Assembly (NCBI GenBank): GCA_004431415.1
Contig: QPMI01000517.1
Location: 1-64,000 of the forward strand
Origin: Cyanophora paradoxa CCMP329
Taxonomy: Eukaryota; Plantae; Glaucophyta
DNA: 64,000 nt
Direction: 5' to 3'
The stretch's first letter is position 1. Each line of letters opens with the position of its first letter. The notes below the pieces were generated by a model. It was not told the origin of the DNA, did not search any database, and saw only the letters and a list, made by a program, of their open reading frames with translations. Below, piece after piece: positions 33,701 to 48,700 of the stretch. A program made the position numbers and the translations under genes.

Positions 33701-36700
33701 GCGGCAAAGAGCGTGACAGCGGCCGTCGTGTAGGTGGCCGTTGAGGAGACCCAAGACGCGGAGGCAGAGCCGCCCCGTAGGATGACCGTCGAGGAGACGG
33801 GATACGTGACCTGCGGGAGCGCCGCCAGGGTCGCGTCTCCCATCATCCGTGAAGCTGCGCCCTCGTAAACAAAATTGTTTCGATACAGAATTTCACGCAG
33901 TACATGCACACCCGACGGGAACGCAGCAACGCCGTCCATGCTCCAAGCGAAGATGCCGCTCGTCGCAGACACGTACAGCGCGGCGCCGTAGGCCGCGGTC
34001 GCCGTACGCGAGAGGCCGGACGGCGCGGTCCCCGCCGGCGTCACCTTCGCCCAGACATTCGCGCCGACGTCGAAAATGAAGAGGTCGGACGTGCTCGCTG
34101 GCTGCCCGGTGGACTCGAACCCGCCGAGGACGTAAATCTGACGGAACGTTTAGTCTCTCGTGGTGGAAACGGTTCTACCAAAGCAGCGCTAAGCTTAAGC
34201 CTAAGCCTCACCCGCGACAGCGTGTCCGCCACGGACAGCTCCATTAGAGCGAAGGCGCGCGGAGAAGGCGCCGAGGACGATGTTCCCGCGTTGGATAAGA
34301 GCGTCGAGCTCGGGAGACTCGTGGACGCCGTGTCGACCTCGAAGCTACGACAAGCATGACAAACACGCCTGCAATGAAAGCTCATATAAATAATTGAAAA
34401 CATGCGTACGAGATAATGCTGTTGTAGAACGTCGCCCCGGCGCCGGCCTGGCTAGCCCCTCCGAAGACGAAGACCACACTGCCCGTCGAGACGGCCGAAG
34501 AGCCGTAGCGAACGTAGCCCGAGGGCGCCTGCAGCTGCGCCCACTCCGACGCGACCGAATCGAAGAGCCAGACGTCGGTCAGCGCTGCGGAGTCGGCGCC
34601 CGTGCCGGCCCTGCGGGAATATATATATCAGCGTTCAAGCGCGAATCAGGCAACGGATCGAGGAATCGCAAACGCGAGAAGGAGGTGCGTGTCGTCGATC
34701 GAGACGAGGGCCGCGGAGCTGCGGGCGGGGGGGGCGATGCCGGAGGGCGGCGTGATGACCGTCCAAACCCCGTCGACAATGGAGTAGGCGCCGAGAACCG
34801 ATGTCGGGGCGCCCGACGCGAGCCCCCCGAACACTGCAAATTTCAGGGAGAGTGTTATAATTATACATATAAAAAATAAAGCTGCCTCGTGCTTAAAAAT
34901 CCAGATGCAAACCGTATATCCTGACGTCGGAGCAGGCGAAGCTGCCGGATAATCCGCCGCCCGGCGTCGAGATCTTCCCGCCCGAGGTGTAGGTTCCGGT
35001 TGCGGGGCTGAAGACAGTGACGGATAATTCCGACGCGGCAGCGTCGGCCTTGACCAAGTAAATCGACGTGCCGGAGGCGCAGGCATGGTCGTATCTCACA
35101 GAAGCGGACGCCACTGGCGTCCAAAACCCGGCTGCGCGCGCGCAGCGTCACACAAGCGCATGTACAGATATCGATGTAGAGACGCCGATTGATTCTGCGC
35201 ACATGCGGCGGAGCTGGGATTGAAGATTTCGTCGCTCCCAGCGACTGAGACGCCTTGGAGCAGCGAGACCGACGAAGAGCCGCTGTTCACCGCGTTCGCA
35301 AGTTTGACAGCCGCCTGCGATGCGCATGCAGTCAGTCTATTCAGCAGCTTCACGCGCGGGCAGCGCTAAATACAAGGAAACGCACCTCTCCCCCCGACGG
35401 GCCGGACCCTGTGGTCAGCGCAAGGGTGCTGCTGGACGCCGAAATAGTCTGCAGGAGGCGGCGCCGCGAGGCCGAGGCCGAGCTCGAGGTCGATCCAGAC
35501 TCCGCGACGGTGACGGGCGCGCCGGCGGCGTCGGAGGCCTGCTGCAGGAGATCCTTGATGCTGGTCGCTGAGAGGTCCGCTCGGACCGTCACCGTCGTGG
35601 CCTCTGCGGGTGCGCAGGAGGCGGCGAGGGCGCCGTCGGCCACCGTGGCCTGCTGCAGCTGGCAGGTTTGCGTTGCGCCGCAGCCGTACGACCGAGCCGA
35701 CGCGGGGCTGGAGAAGGCGGACAGGCTAAAGTCCAACAGCTCGACCCACCCGCGCTCGACGGCAGGCGTTCCGGAGGAGAGGGGCACCCGCAGGCGGCCG
35801 CAGGCGATCTCCTCCCCGAGAGCCGCCGAACCGGAGAACGAGGCCGATGCGACGTCGGCGGCTGATGGCAGCCAAGAGACGCCCGTCTGCGTTCCAAGAA
35901 AGATGTATAGCTTCAGAATGCTGCAGCGCGCCCAAGTGGGAGCATGACGATCATTCGCACCCCCGATGTGTCGAGCATAGTGACATTGACGAGCAGCCAG
36001 CGGCCGGAGGTCGGGTTTCGGGCGAGGCGCAGGTACAGCCCCTGTGCAGAGCCGGACTTTAACTTTGACTTGCTCTTAGAGCTCTTTAGGGCATTCTCCT
36101 CGCCGCCCCAGGTCATCTCCAGCACCGCGTCATACGGCGCCGACACGCGGCCGGCGTCGACCGGCGAGACATTCGTCTGCGCCCGCCGAGTCAGCATCGA
36201 TCGGATTTATGACGCGGCCCTTAGTATGCACGCACCGTGCCGGCACCGCGCTTGGGCGGCCCAACGGCGACGTTGTCGATGATGGCGCGCAGTTTTCCGA
36301 CCGCTAGCGCTGAGCCGGCGCCTTCCGATATCGACGAAGCGATGCTGAATGGGAGGACCTTCGCTTCCGCCGTCGTGGACCCTGCAGGCAGCTTTTTATC
36401 GCGCAAAGATCTTCTTATATCACCCGTAAAATGTGAGCCCGCGCACCGGTCTTGCTCTTGATAGAGAAGTAAGCGGTTGACGGAATGGGAGAGCAGCTGC
36501 GTTCCGACGCTTCGTCCAGAACGCAGGCCCTGACAGCGTACCGCCCTGCAAGCCGGTGCCGAATCGTTCTCGCGAGCGAGTGGAGCTGTCAAAATCACGC
36601 ACCTCCCGTGGAGAACGTTGGCGGGTCCAGAGAGAGCCTTGCGGAGCGGCGGCTGTTGACAAGGCCGGCCGAAGAGGCGGAAACAAAGCTGTAGATGGGC

Positions 36701-39700
36701 AGAAGTGTTACAGGGTTCAGAATGCTTATCTGCCCGAAAGCGTGTTCAAACAATGACGGCCAGTTCGAGATTCTTCGGTAAATGCACGCACTTCGACACC
36801 GGAAACCAGTCCACCGGTAATGTAGGGAATGGATAACGACTGCTGAAGGTCGATCGTAATCTCCGATGCCCCGGGGCCCAGTATTCGCACCGTCCCTGAA
36901 ATAATGCCTCAGTCCTGCAACACGCTTGTTAAAGGAATGAAATATTAATACCGGGCGCCACGTCGAAGCGGGCCATATGGCGACCGAATGCCAAGTAGAC
37001 GGCGGGCGCTTCCGGAACGGCGGCCAGCGCGATCGAGCTCGCGGCGGCGGCGGCGCTGGCGGCCGCGGGCAGCGCGTCCGCCACGGAAAGCAGCGTTGAC
37101 TCCTCGACCTCGCCGTCACTGGAAACGATGCAGAGGCGGGGACCCGAGGGGTGGCCCAGCGTCGCCGCGACCAGGTACGCGCGGCTCTGCGCACGATTTG
37201 ATTAAGGAGGGATGCAAGAGTTATGTGAAGCGTATAATATGGCACCTGCAGGAAAGCGATCTGAGCGATGGTCTCGCCGGACGCAAGCGGCGAGCGGCCG
37301 CCTGCTTTGATCTCGGAGCACGCGGCGCCGTCCTTGGATCCGGACCGCAGAGCGCAGCGGAAGAGGCGACCGTCCGTGGAGAGGACGACGGCCGACGACG
37401 AGTCCGGAGAAACGGCGAGGGCGCGGGGGCAGACGCCGCGGAGTCTGCCCGAGACCGACGACAGGCCGCCGCTCTCGTCGAGGACGTGCAGGGCGACCTC
37501 GCCCCCGCCCGCGTTGCAGCTGCCTTTGCCGGCACTGGTCTCGTCGGATTGCAGGAACACGCCCGCTATGGCTTTCGACAGAGGCGCGCGGGCCGCAAGA
37601 ACGATGGGCTTGCTGTTCGTGCTTGGAAGCGCAACCGATTTGGCTTCGAGGCCGGTGGCCGAGACGGAAACGACGAAGAGCCCCGGCGCGCGGGAGCCGA
37701 CCAGCAGACTCGAGCCCAGCCGCATGCACGCGGAAGGCTGCGAGAGGCCCGTCGATGAGACCGTTCGCTCCACGAAACTGCCGGACGACTGGCGCGTGTA
37801 GTGCACGAGCGACGAGCCGCCTGCGCAGGACGAGAAATTATACAGTTAGCTATAGATTTCGCGGCAAGAGCAAGACTTCCATATTGTACGCACTGTGCGG
37901 GGGGTCGAATGCCAGGAAGTATCCGCTTGAGCCGTCCGAGACGGCGCACTGCACACTTGCGGTCGAATCGCTGATCGGAAGGCTCCCAACGAGCGCGTCG
38001 GCCTGTGTAGCCGCGAAAACAGTTGCATACGGGGGGTTCTTCGAGGCAACAACGCCCACGGCGGCTCCCTCCGCGCTCAGCAGCTCGAAGCTTGTGGCAG
38101 CGCTAGTAGAACCCGCGGACAAATCGACGGCGCCCCTCCCGCCCGTCGGCGATATGCCGGAATACGGAAGGGCACGGCTGGAACTCTTCGCGAGCCCACG
38201 GGACGACGCCTTTGTCCCCGCATAGTCGAGGTCAAACGAGTAGATCGCGGGCAAGGCAGCGCCGCCAGCGACGAACGTGGCGACCTGGAAACGCAGTCAA
38301 AGACTGTAGAAAAGCAGCGGCTGCCACGCTCGCCTTCTGCGCCGCCCGCAGCGCGCCGGTGCTTCCTCCGAAGGACGCGAGAGCGGACTGCTCCGAGAAC
38401 TGCAGCAGTGAACGCTTGCGGCGGCGGTCGTCGGCCACGATCTGCTGCGGGCGGTAGCCCGTGAGGCGCTGGATCTGCACGGCGAGGTCCGCGAAATCGC
38501 CCGCGATGTCCGGATCGTACGCGATGGTGGCCGTCACGGGCAGCGACAACGGTAGACCTGAATTGAGTTGATTAATAATCAGCTTTGGATTGCAGAGAAG
38601 GCGCGACCTTGGCTCACCGGCGAACACGTAGGCGAGGTTGGCGCGCGCGTCTGCACCCGACTGCACGAAGTAGATCCCGGAGAGCAGTGCATCTCCGGGC
38701 GTCAGCGTTTGCATTGTTGACATGAACGTCTGCGTAATTCGGGCTACATTAGCGAGCGCCAGGGTGCCGGAAGGTGCCAGAACGAATTCGAAGACTCACA
38801 ATGATTGACGATGCAGAAACGGGGAGCGCCCACGTGTGCGTTACAGTGGCTGCCTGCAGGCGAGAGCGAGCAGGACTGCCGCTGGAAGCCGCGGGCGTCG
38901 TCTCGAGCACTTGGACCGACAGTCCGACGGAAGAGTAGCCCGGGATGGCGCGCATTCGGTCGGCGATGGAGGAAATGACGTCCGGGTCGTACTCGACGGT
39001 CTCGACGCGCGTTTCGATTCCGGCGACTCTGCAAGAAGAGTTTAATATTTGCGCTCGCGGAAGTACAGAAAACGGAAGAAATAATCTGACCTGAAAGTGG
39101 GCGTGTCGGCAAACGAAGAAATGGATGCGGCGCGAACGCGGATGAAGTACGCCCCCAGCGCTGTGTTGGACGGGATGGTCACGCGGAATGATCCGCCGCC
39201 GACGAAGACGTTCTGACCAGAAAGGAGGACCTGAGAGCGCGTTACGATAGCGGGACGCGTACGTTTACGATAGCGAGCAGGACGGAAAATACGGTGGAGG
39301 ACGACGGTCCGACGAGGAGGAGCTCCGCGTTGGACGCGAACACGGACGAGGAGCTGTACTGCACGGCGAGGTCCAGCCCGATGCCGACAACGGTGCCCTC
39401 GGTTGGCGACGTGAACGCCATGAGGAGGGTCAGCTGCGGGGTCGGCGAGGGCGACGGCGCGCGGGAGGGCGTTGCAGTCGGAGAGGGGCTTGGCGTCGGG
39501 CTGGGCGTCGGGCTGGGCGAGGGGCTCGGCGTCGGGCTGGGCGAGGGGCTGGGCGATGGGCTCGGGCTCGGCGTTGGGCTCGGGCTGGGCAATCGCGAGG
39601 GGCTGGGCGACGGGCTCGGGCTAGGCGAGGGGCTCGGGCTCGGCGAGGGACTTGGTCTCGGCGTGAAGCTCGTGTTATAGACCGCCACGGCAGCGAATCC

Positions 39701-42700
39701 GTTACTCTGGAATCCGCCACATGGTTGGTCAAACTCGAAAGGATCCGCAGCCGTGGTTCCCGGACATTGAAACGCGCATTCGTGCCGTGTGGTTGATAGG
39801 CTCGCTGCGGGCGTCGACGGCAGGGAGTTGCCGAGCTGCGAGGAATCGGAGGGGCATCAGTTCGCAAACTGCAAAATTAAAGGCAAAAATGGCAAATTCG
39901 CGAACATAGCACTCCATCCCCTGGGAGATACACAGAAAGACGAAATCAGAGAGCATTTAGATAGAACAAACAATATGCAGACCGCAAGCGCAAAGTAGCG
40001 AAAAGGACCGGAAGGATGCGTGGCCGAAAGGCTGCTGCAAAGGTCCACAGTCATGCCGAGGCTGATCAGGCTGAACGGAAAGAGTCCGAGGCCTGGCGCT
40101 GGAAAGGAGGAACCGATTGGCGGATACCATAAATATTGCCATCGACAGTACGCAGAAAGATGCTCAGAGGCGCACCAGCCGGAGCCGCCACGGTACCCAT
40201 GTCATCGGAACCGCCGAAAGCCCGGAATCGCGCAACGAAGCGCGATGTGTCGTATACTGATCGTCAGTCAGCGCTGCATTGCGGGGATCTGTTCGGCACG
40301 TGCAACATCACGAACCGATCTCGAACCGCACGTATGCAGTCCGGCTCGAAGTTCTGATGAGAAAGGGAGTTTTGAGGACCATGTTATTATCAAGATCAAA
40401 GTATTCGTAGGCTCCAATCCGTGTCGCTGCTGTCGAAGAGCCGTCGTATACATTCACTGAATCTGGATTATCGTCATTTCTGCGTTCGGGTATGAGGCTA
40501 CTGTCAGGTTCATCCGGGCGCGGACTCCAATTTAAAAAGATGTGCACGTGTATAGAAAGGTGAACTCTATTTGAACATAGCTGCCGGCAGGGGCTGTGAT
40601 CCGCCTGCGCGATGGCATGAACAGGAAGCTCTGACGAGCAATTCACCAGCAGCAGGAAACTGTAATGAGAACGCACCATTCCCTAGTCACGCTGCTCGGA
40701 CGCAAACTCGCCACTGCCTTGGTGGGATCGTTTTGACCACCGGGTCCCTCGTCAAAGTAAGTGTAGTCAGCGGTCGCATTCAACTCGCAAGGATTCCAGG
40801 TCGAGCAATTCGCCAAGATCGCCGGACTGTTGACAGCGCGGAATCGCGCGACAAACCCCGCAAACACTTCATATGCATAATTATCTGATAGTATATGTAA
40901 TGAGAACCCTGGAGAGCTATTTCACCAAGATATAACATGCTGAAACAGACCAGAGGTGAATCTGATGAACGCGAATTGCCCCGTGGTACTGAAGGCGGCG
41001 CGCTTCGGATCTCTCCCGTGCAATCTGGCAATCTGCAAAGCGTTTGCGGAAGACCCGTCGAAGACCTGCAAGAAATGTTTGCTTCGACCGCGGCACACTC
41101 TCGTGTGACTTACATCCACAAAGTCGTAGTCTTGCTGGGTTCCAAAAGAAGTAAACTCAATTTGAAGGTAGCTTCCGGTGGGGGCAGTGATAAGCCTGCG
41201 GGAATTCGTAGGGTGAGCAAACGACGGCAGCGGGATCGTATACAGAGCAGATTGTGAAATGGGCAGACGAAATCAACTGCCAGGGGATCGTTTGCAGCGC
41301 AAATTTGAAACTGTATTCGGGCGACGATAACAGGGGAGGCGGGCAGAAAGCCGAGGGTTCGGGGGGGGGGGGGGGGGGGGGGGGGGCGGAAAGGGAGGGG
41401 CCGGGGACGAGCGCGCTCGAGAGGCAGGCCCAGGGGAGAAGGAAAGGGGAGGTGGGGCGGGGGGGGGGGGAGGGCGGGGGAGGGAGGGGGGGGGAGGGCG
41501 GGGGAGGGGAGGGGGGGGGGGCCGGGGGGGGGGGGCTGTCATGATCATGCAAATGTATATGATCATCAAGATCTCGGGCTCAGAGCGCACCAAGCTCTAT
41601 TTGCATAACCAGGATAGTTTTGGCCTCTTGGCCCTTCTTCAAAGTAGGTGTAGTTGGAGGTAGCGTTCATCGCACACGGGCCCCACGTCGTGCAGTCAAA
41701 GAAGTTCGCAGTTACATTGACAGTGTAGCAGTTCAGATACGTGTAATTGCGTTTCGGGCAGGGACCGCATACGTCGTCGACGCCGCGCGCATCGACCTCA
41801 TACAACTTCGGCTCCGCGTTGGTTTTGCCCTCGATTGCATATACAGTCTTGGCGTTCGGGAAGTACCCCAAGGCGCCCACTGCGCAACGCGAATTCGAGT
41901 GGTCATTGATCATTTGAGCGGCAAACGCAGATCTTGCAATTGGTCAAGAATTTGCACGTGTTATCACGCACGTGTAAATACGGATTGCGGGGCACCGGCG
42001 CCCGTCACATTCAGCTGGTAGATTCCAGTATTCCCTCCGCAGGAAAAGGCGCAGTGCGGTCTGAAAACAAAGAAATCGTTCTTATATGGTCCGCCCGGGC
42101 CGTCATTTCCGCCACCAAAAGCCCAGAGATCTTTGCCATGTATATTCATGACCCAGCCCCTGCGCCAAAGGGCAGGCACAGTCTTGCGATTGGTTCGAGC
42201 TCAAGCGCTAGCGTCTATCATGTCTTTCGAATGCAGAAAGGATGACCATGCATTATCACGCGCAGACGGAGTCCCGTAGTTGATGGCAACCCAAGAGGGA
42301 GAGCTAGCGGCCAGATCGACGTAGCTGCGGATATGCGCACGCGAGTCAGTGATTTAGCTTCAGGGTGGCCATGTCCGGCCCGGAGAATATTAGTTCCACA
42401 CCCAAAAGCCGAAAAATATCCGTCAGAATCGGTTTCGACCCCGCCGAACGTGTACCTACGCCGAGCCTGGGTTACACAGTCTTGATTTCGCAACTTCATC
42501 TCGCAAATTGCGATTGTGTGAAGGCAAATGCATGATTGCGGGTGCAGCATGCGAGCGCTGCACGCGCACCATTTCGATCCGAGCAGAGCGCATGTCGGCC
42601 TGGCTCGCGGGGGGATCGCCGCAGACCAGCTTGTGTTGAGGACTATGCTCCATGTGCCCGACGAGATTTCGAACTTCACAACGTCTGCAGGTGCATCGCA

Positions 42701-45700
42701 TGCGCAGGCGACAATTTGTAATGGGTCGAATGATGATCATGAGTGCAGTGTCTGACCGTTCTTAACTTCTGCAGACTCGCTTGTGCCGCTGCTGATGTAG
42801 ATGGCGCCATTGTAGAGGGTCTGCCGCAGGATATATATACGATCATGCTTACATTGAATTGGTCTACAGTTTGCGCGCTCGCACCATGCAGTGATCTATC
42901 CTTGGCATCCCGGTTGATAGTTGTGTGGCATTACCAAAAGCAAGATCTGCGCACGATAGTGGCGTCTGCGCTTGTGCACTACTTGCAATCCCTCTTGCAT
43001 ATGTACAAGAAGCACCATAGACAGTCAACGCTGAGCCGATGATCCACAGCAGCTGGTTATATCCTGAAGCCGCAAAGCAAGATTCCGCAATCAGCATTCC
43101 ACCGTCATCCCCAGCATTCCGCAATTTCGAACCGCCGTAAGTGTAGACGAAACGATCGCCATCGTACACCACTGAAGCCCCAAAAGCCTGCTCCGGCTCC
43201 AAACTACCGCCGCTTGTGAACGAGATCTGCTCCCATGTCGGGAGAGCTGCGCCAAAAAGCATCAGACGCCATAGGCTGCGTTTCATGATCAGGTGCGTCC
43301 AAGTACCCGTACGCGTGTCTAAGCGAAGGCGGTGGTACTTGTCTTCGGGTTGCATCCAAGCTCCTGGCGTGTAGTTGAAGTAAACGCCCCCCTAAGCGAA
43401 TGCACGCTTCAGAACGAGTTGGAGTTCTAGATCCACAGTATAAGAGACGCTGTGAAGAGGCACAGTTGAGGAGACGCTGTTCAGTGTCTCACCAAGACTG
43501 CGAGGCTGGGCACGCCGCCGCTCGTCACGCCCGTCCCCTGCGCGGCTGGATCAGACCGGATTGTCAGAAGCGGCGGTGGATCCGGAGGAGCATGCCTGCG
43601 TCCACCGCCGCGACGGCGGCGTCCCCGCAGTCGGAGGGTTCAGCGTGAAGTGCAGAGTCTGCGAAGGCGAGTCCGTGGAGCTGCAGGGAAGGGAGAGAGC
43701 CGCGTACGCAAGCAGCACCGCGCACGTTGGGGACAGGCAGCGAGCTGGGGCTCGGCAAAGGGCTCGGGCTCGGGCTCGGTGAGGGGCTCGGGCTCGGCGA
43801 GGGGCTTGGTCTCGGCGTGAAGCTCGTGTTATAGACGGCCACAGCCACGTATTCGGATACGTATACGTTAATATGGAATCCGCCGCATGCTTGCACTAAC
43901 TCAATGGAATCCGCAGGTGCGGTTCCCGGGCATTCAATTGCGCATTCGTTCCCTGTTGCCGATAGGCTCGATGTGGGAGTCGACTGCAGCGAGTTTCCGA
44001 GCTGCGGGAGATCGAAGCAGCATTAGGTCGCGGACTGCAAATTAAAACGCTAATCTAAACATGGCGGACGTGACACTCCCTTCCCTGCGAAAAACGCAAA
44101 AAGACGATATCAAAGAGCTTCTAAATGAAACAAACAATATGCAGACCGCAAGCGCGAAGTAGCGGAAAGGACCGGCAGGATGTGTGGCAGAAAGGCGACC
44201 GCAAAGGTCCACGGTCATGTCGAGGCTCATGAAGCTGAACGAAAAGAGGCCGAGACCTGGCTCTGGAAAGGAGGTACCGATTGGCGAATACCATCGCCAT
44301 CGCGCAACTGGATGCTCAGAGGCGCACCAGCCGCAGCTGCCACGGTTCCCATGTCATCGAAACCGCCGAAGGCCCGGAATCGCGCAACAAAGCGCGATGT
44401 ATCGTATGCTGTTCTTCCGTTAGCACATGCATGTGCGGGGGTCTGTTCAGCACGCGCGACATCGCGAACCGCTCTGAAACTGCACGTAGGCAGTCCGACC
44501 CGAAGTTCTGATGAAAATTGGAGTTTCAGAAAAGTGGCGATAGGTTCCAAGACTTGTCCCCGCTGTTGACGAGCCGTCGTATACAGTCACTGAATCTGGA
44601 TACTCCCTGCATTCGGGTATCAGGCTACTGTAGGGCACGGAATTTAAATTCATGAAATGAGCACCTGTATAAAAAGGTGAACTCCATTTGAACATAGCTG
44701 TCGGCGGGGGCAGTGATGCGCCTGCGCGGACGGCATAGACAGGAGGCTCTGTCGGGCGATTCACCATCTGCAGAGAGCTCTGAAGAACGCACCAGTCCCT
44801 AGTCACGCTGTTCGGACGCAAACTCGCCACTGCCTTGGTGGGATCGTTCTGGCCACCGGGCCCCTCGTCCAAATACGTGTAGTCGCCAGTTGCATTGAAC
44901 TCGCAGGGACTCCACATCGAGCAGTTCGCAAAGATCGCCGGGCTGTCGATTGCCCGAAACCGCGCGACAAACCCCGCAAACTGTTCCAGTGCATAATTAT
45001 CTGATTGTATATCTAATGAGAACCCGGGAGAGCTATTTCACCAAGATATAACATGCTGGAACAGACCAGAGGTAAATCTGATGAACGCGAATTGCCCCGT
45101 GGTACTGAAGGCGGCGCGCTTAAGCTTCGGATCGTATCCGTCCAGTCTGGCGATCTGCAAAGCGTCTGCGGAAGACCCGTCGAAGACCTGCAAGAAAGGT
45201 TTGCTTCGACCGCGGCACACTCTCGGTTGACTTACATCCACGAAGTCGTAGTCTTGCATGGTTCGGAAAAAAGTGAACTCAATTTGAACGTAGCTTCCGG
45301 GGGGGGCAGTGATGAGCCTGCACAGATTCGGAGGTGATCATAAGGGCGAGCGAGAAAGGGGTAGACGAAATCAACTGCCAGCGGATCGTTTGCAGCGCAG
45401 ATTTAAAACTGTAGCCGAGCAGCGATAGCAGGGGAGGCGGGCAGAAAGCCGGGGGGGGGGGGGGGGGGGGGGGCCGGGGAGGGGAGGGAGGGGAGGGGGG
45501 AGGAGGGAGGGGGAGCTATGTTGAGTAGTAGATGTCAAACGACGGCAAGGGCATATGGGAGGTCGCAGTGCAACGACGACGGCAAACGATGTAGTTTGCG
45601 GTGCAGAAAGCAGGAGGTCGGAGGGAGGGAGGGGGAAGGGGGGGAGGGGTTGGGGCCTTTTCGGGGCGGGAGAGGGGGGGGGGAGGGGGGGGGACGAGTG

Positions 45701-48700
45701 CACTCAAGAGGCAGGCCTAGGGGAGAAGGGAAGCGGAGGAGGGGGGGACGGGGAGCTGTTTGAGCTAGTAGCTGTTATGATCATGCAAATGTATGTGATC
45801 ATCATGATCAGGGTCTCAGAAAGAACGCACCAAGCTCTATTTGAATTATCAGGATAGTTTTGGCCTCTTGGCCCTTCTTCGAAGTAGGTGTAGTCCGCAG
45901 TCGCGTTCATTGCACACGGACCCCACGTCGTGCAGTCGAAGTAGTTCGCAGTTATGTTCACGGTGTAGCAGCTCAGGTACGTGTAATTGCGTTGCGCGCA
46001 GGGGCCACACACGTCTTCGACGCCCCGCGCATCGATCTCATATAGATTTGTCGACGTCGACTCGCTCTCGAATATATATGCAGTCTTGGTGTTCGGGACG
46101 TACCCCAGGGCTCCCGATTGTACTGTGTAACGCAAAATGTCATTCGAATCGCAACCGCAAAATCTCGGTCACGAAATTGCACGATTTATAACGCACATGT
46201 GGGTTGCGGGACACCGGCGCCCGTCACATTCAGCTGGTAGATTCCAGTATTCCCTCCGCAGGAGGAGGCGCAATGCGGTTTGAAAACAAAGAAATCATTC
46301 TTATTGCCTCCGTTATTTCCGCCACCAAAAGCCCAGAGATCTTTGCCATTTACATTCATGACCCAGCCCCTGCGCAGAGCAGGCTCAGCATTGCAATTGG
46401 TTCGAACTTAAGCGTCTATCATGATCATGTCTTTCGAATGCAGAAAGGATGACCATGCATAATCACGTGCAGACGGAATCCCGTAGTTGATGGCAACCCA
46501 AGAGGGACCCCCAGCGGCCAGGTCGACGTAGCTTCACACACGTGCACGCGAGTCGCGATCGGCGATTCAGCTTCAGGGTGGCCGGCCCGGAAAAAGCCGA
46601 AAAAGAACATTCCACACCCAAAAGCCGAAAGATAGCCGTAAGAGTTTAAGTTGCTCCCGCCGAACGTGTACCTACGCCGAGCATTGGGCTAGAAGGTCGA
46701 GCATTGCAGATCATGGTCATGATACGTATACGTCGCTTAAGCTTGCGGGCGCCGCACCATTTCGATCCAAGCAGAGCGCATGTCGGCCCGGATCGCGGAG
46801 GAATGGCCGCAGACAAGCTCGTGTTGAGGACTGTGCTCCACGTGCCCGACAAGAGCTCGAACTTCACGACGTCTGCAGGCGCATTGCATGCATCGCACGC
46901 GCAGGTGGCATGGGCTGGAATGATGATAAGTGCATTGTCTGACCGTTTTCGTGTTGCGTGGTAGATCCGCTGCTGATGTAGATAGCGCCATTGTAGAGGG
47001 TCTGTCGCAGGATATATTTGATCATGCGTCCATTTAATTGGTTTTCTACTTGATTTATGTGTCTTGCGTGCTCGCACCATGCAATGTCCAGCCCTTGGTG
47101 TCCCAGTTGATAGTTTTGTGGCATTACCAAAAGCAAGATCTGTGCACGACAGTGGCGTTTGCGCTTGCGCACTACCCGCAATCCCTCTCGCTTGTGTACA
47201 AGAAGCACCATAGACAGTCAACGCGGAGCCGGAGTCCCCCGAGACTTTAGACCCTGAAGCCGCGAAGCAAGATTCCGCAATCAGCATTCCATTGGCACCC
47301 CCGGAAGCCTACCGGGGATGAATAAATTTCGAACCGCCGTAAGTGTAGACGAATCGATCGCCGTCGAATACTGCTGAAGCCCCGTGAACCTGCTCCGGCT
47401 CCAGACTAACGCCGCTCGTGAACGCAATCTGCTCCCATGTCGGAGGAACTGCGCACAGAATTCGAAAGCATCAGACGCCACCGGCCTGCGTTTGAGCGAC
47501 GTGACCGCGTCCAAGCACCCGTGTCCAAGCGAAGGCTGAGGTACTTGTCTTGGAGTGACATCAAAGTTGTAGTAGAAACGCCCCCCTGAGCGAATGCACG
47601 CTTTAGTTCTAGTTGGAGTTCTAGATCCACAGTTGAAGAGACGCTAGCGCTGTTTAATGTCTCACCAAGACCACGAGGCTGGACACGCCGCCGCTCGTCA
47701 CGCCCGTTCCCTGCGCGGCTGGTTCAGACCGGATTGTCGAACCGGCGGTGGATCCGGAGGAGAATATGCTTATATATACCTGCGTCCACCGCCTCGACGG
47801 CGGCGTCCCCGAGGTCGGAGGGTTCAGCGTGAAGTGCAGAGTCTGCGAAGGCGGTTCAAGAAGGCCGAGGGAAGCCAGCCGCGATCGCGATTGCGGGCAG
47901 CGCCGCGTGCGCACATTGGGAACAGGCAGCGAGCTGGGGCCCGGCGATGGGCTCGGGCTCTGCGAGGGGCTCGGGCTCGGCGACGGGCTCGGGCTCGGCG
48001 TCATCGTCGGCGAAGAGCTGGGCGACGGGCTCGGGCAGGGGCCGCAAACGTCGTCGACGCCACGCGCATCGATCTGATACAGCTTCCGCTCCGCGTTGGT
48101 GTAGCCCTCGAATGTATATGCAGTCTTGGTGTTCGGGAAGTAACCCAGGGCCCCATCTTGCGTTGTGCGACGCAAAGTGTCATTTGAATCGCAACCGCAG
48201 ATTTTGGACATAAATTACACGTTTTATCACGCACAGAAGCTTGGAGGTTGTGGGACACTGGAGCCCGTCACATTCAGCTGGTTGATTCCAGTATTCTCTC
48301 CGCAGGAGAAGGCGCAGTGCGGTCTGAAAGCATAGAAATCGGTCTTCGCGCCAGCTCCATCATGTCCACCGCCAAAAACCCAAAGGTCCTTTCCGTTAAC
48401 ATTCATGACCCAGCCCCTGCGCAGGGCAGGCTTAGCATTGCAATTGGTTCGAGCTCAAGCGTCTAGATCTATCATATATATATTCTAAATGTGGAAGGGA
48501 TGCATATGACCATGCTAAAGATCGCGCAGACGGAATCCCGTAGTTGAGGGCAACCCACGAGGGAGACCCAGCGGCCAGATTGACGTAACTGCGCACACGT
48601 GCACACGAGTCGGCGAAGCAGGTTGTCCGGCCGGGAAAACCAAAGTTCCGTACCCAAAAGCTGACATATAGCCAGTATTAGCGGTAAAACCACCGAACGT

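Noticed and set aside
15091-39700. Numerous Arg/Ala/Gly/Pro-rich ORFs antisense to or out of frame with the spliced genes
   Set aside because: These are shadow ORFs expected at high GC; the conserved motifs lie in the spliced models.
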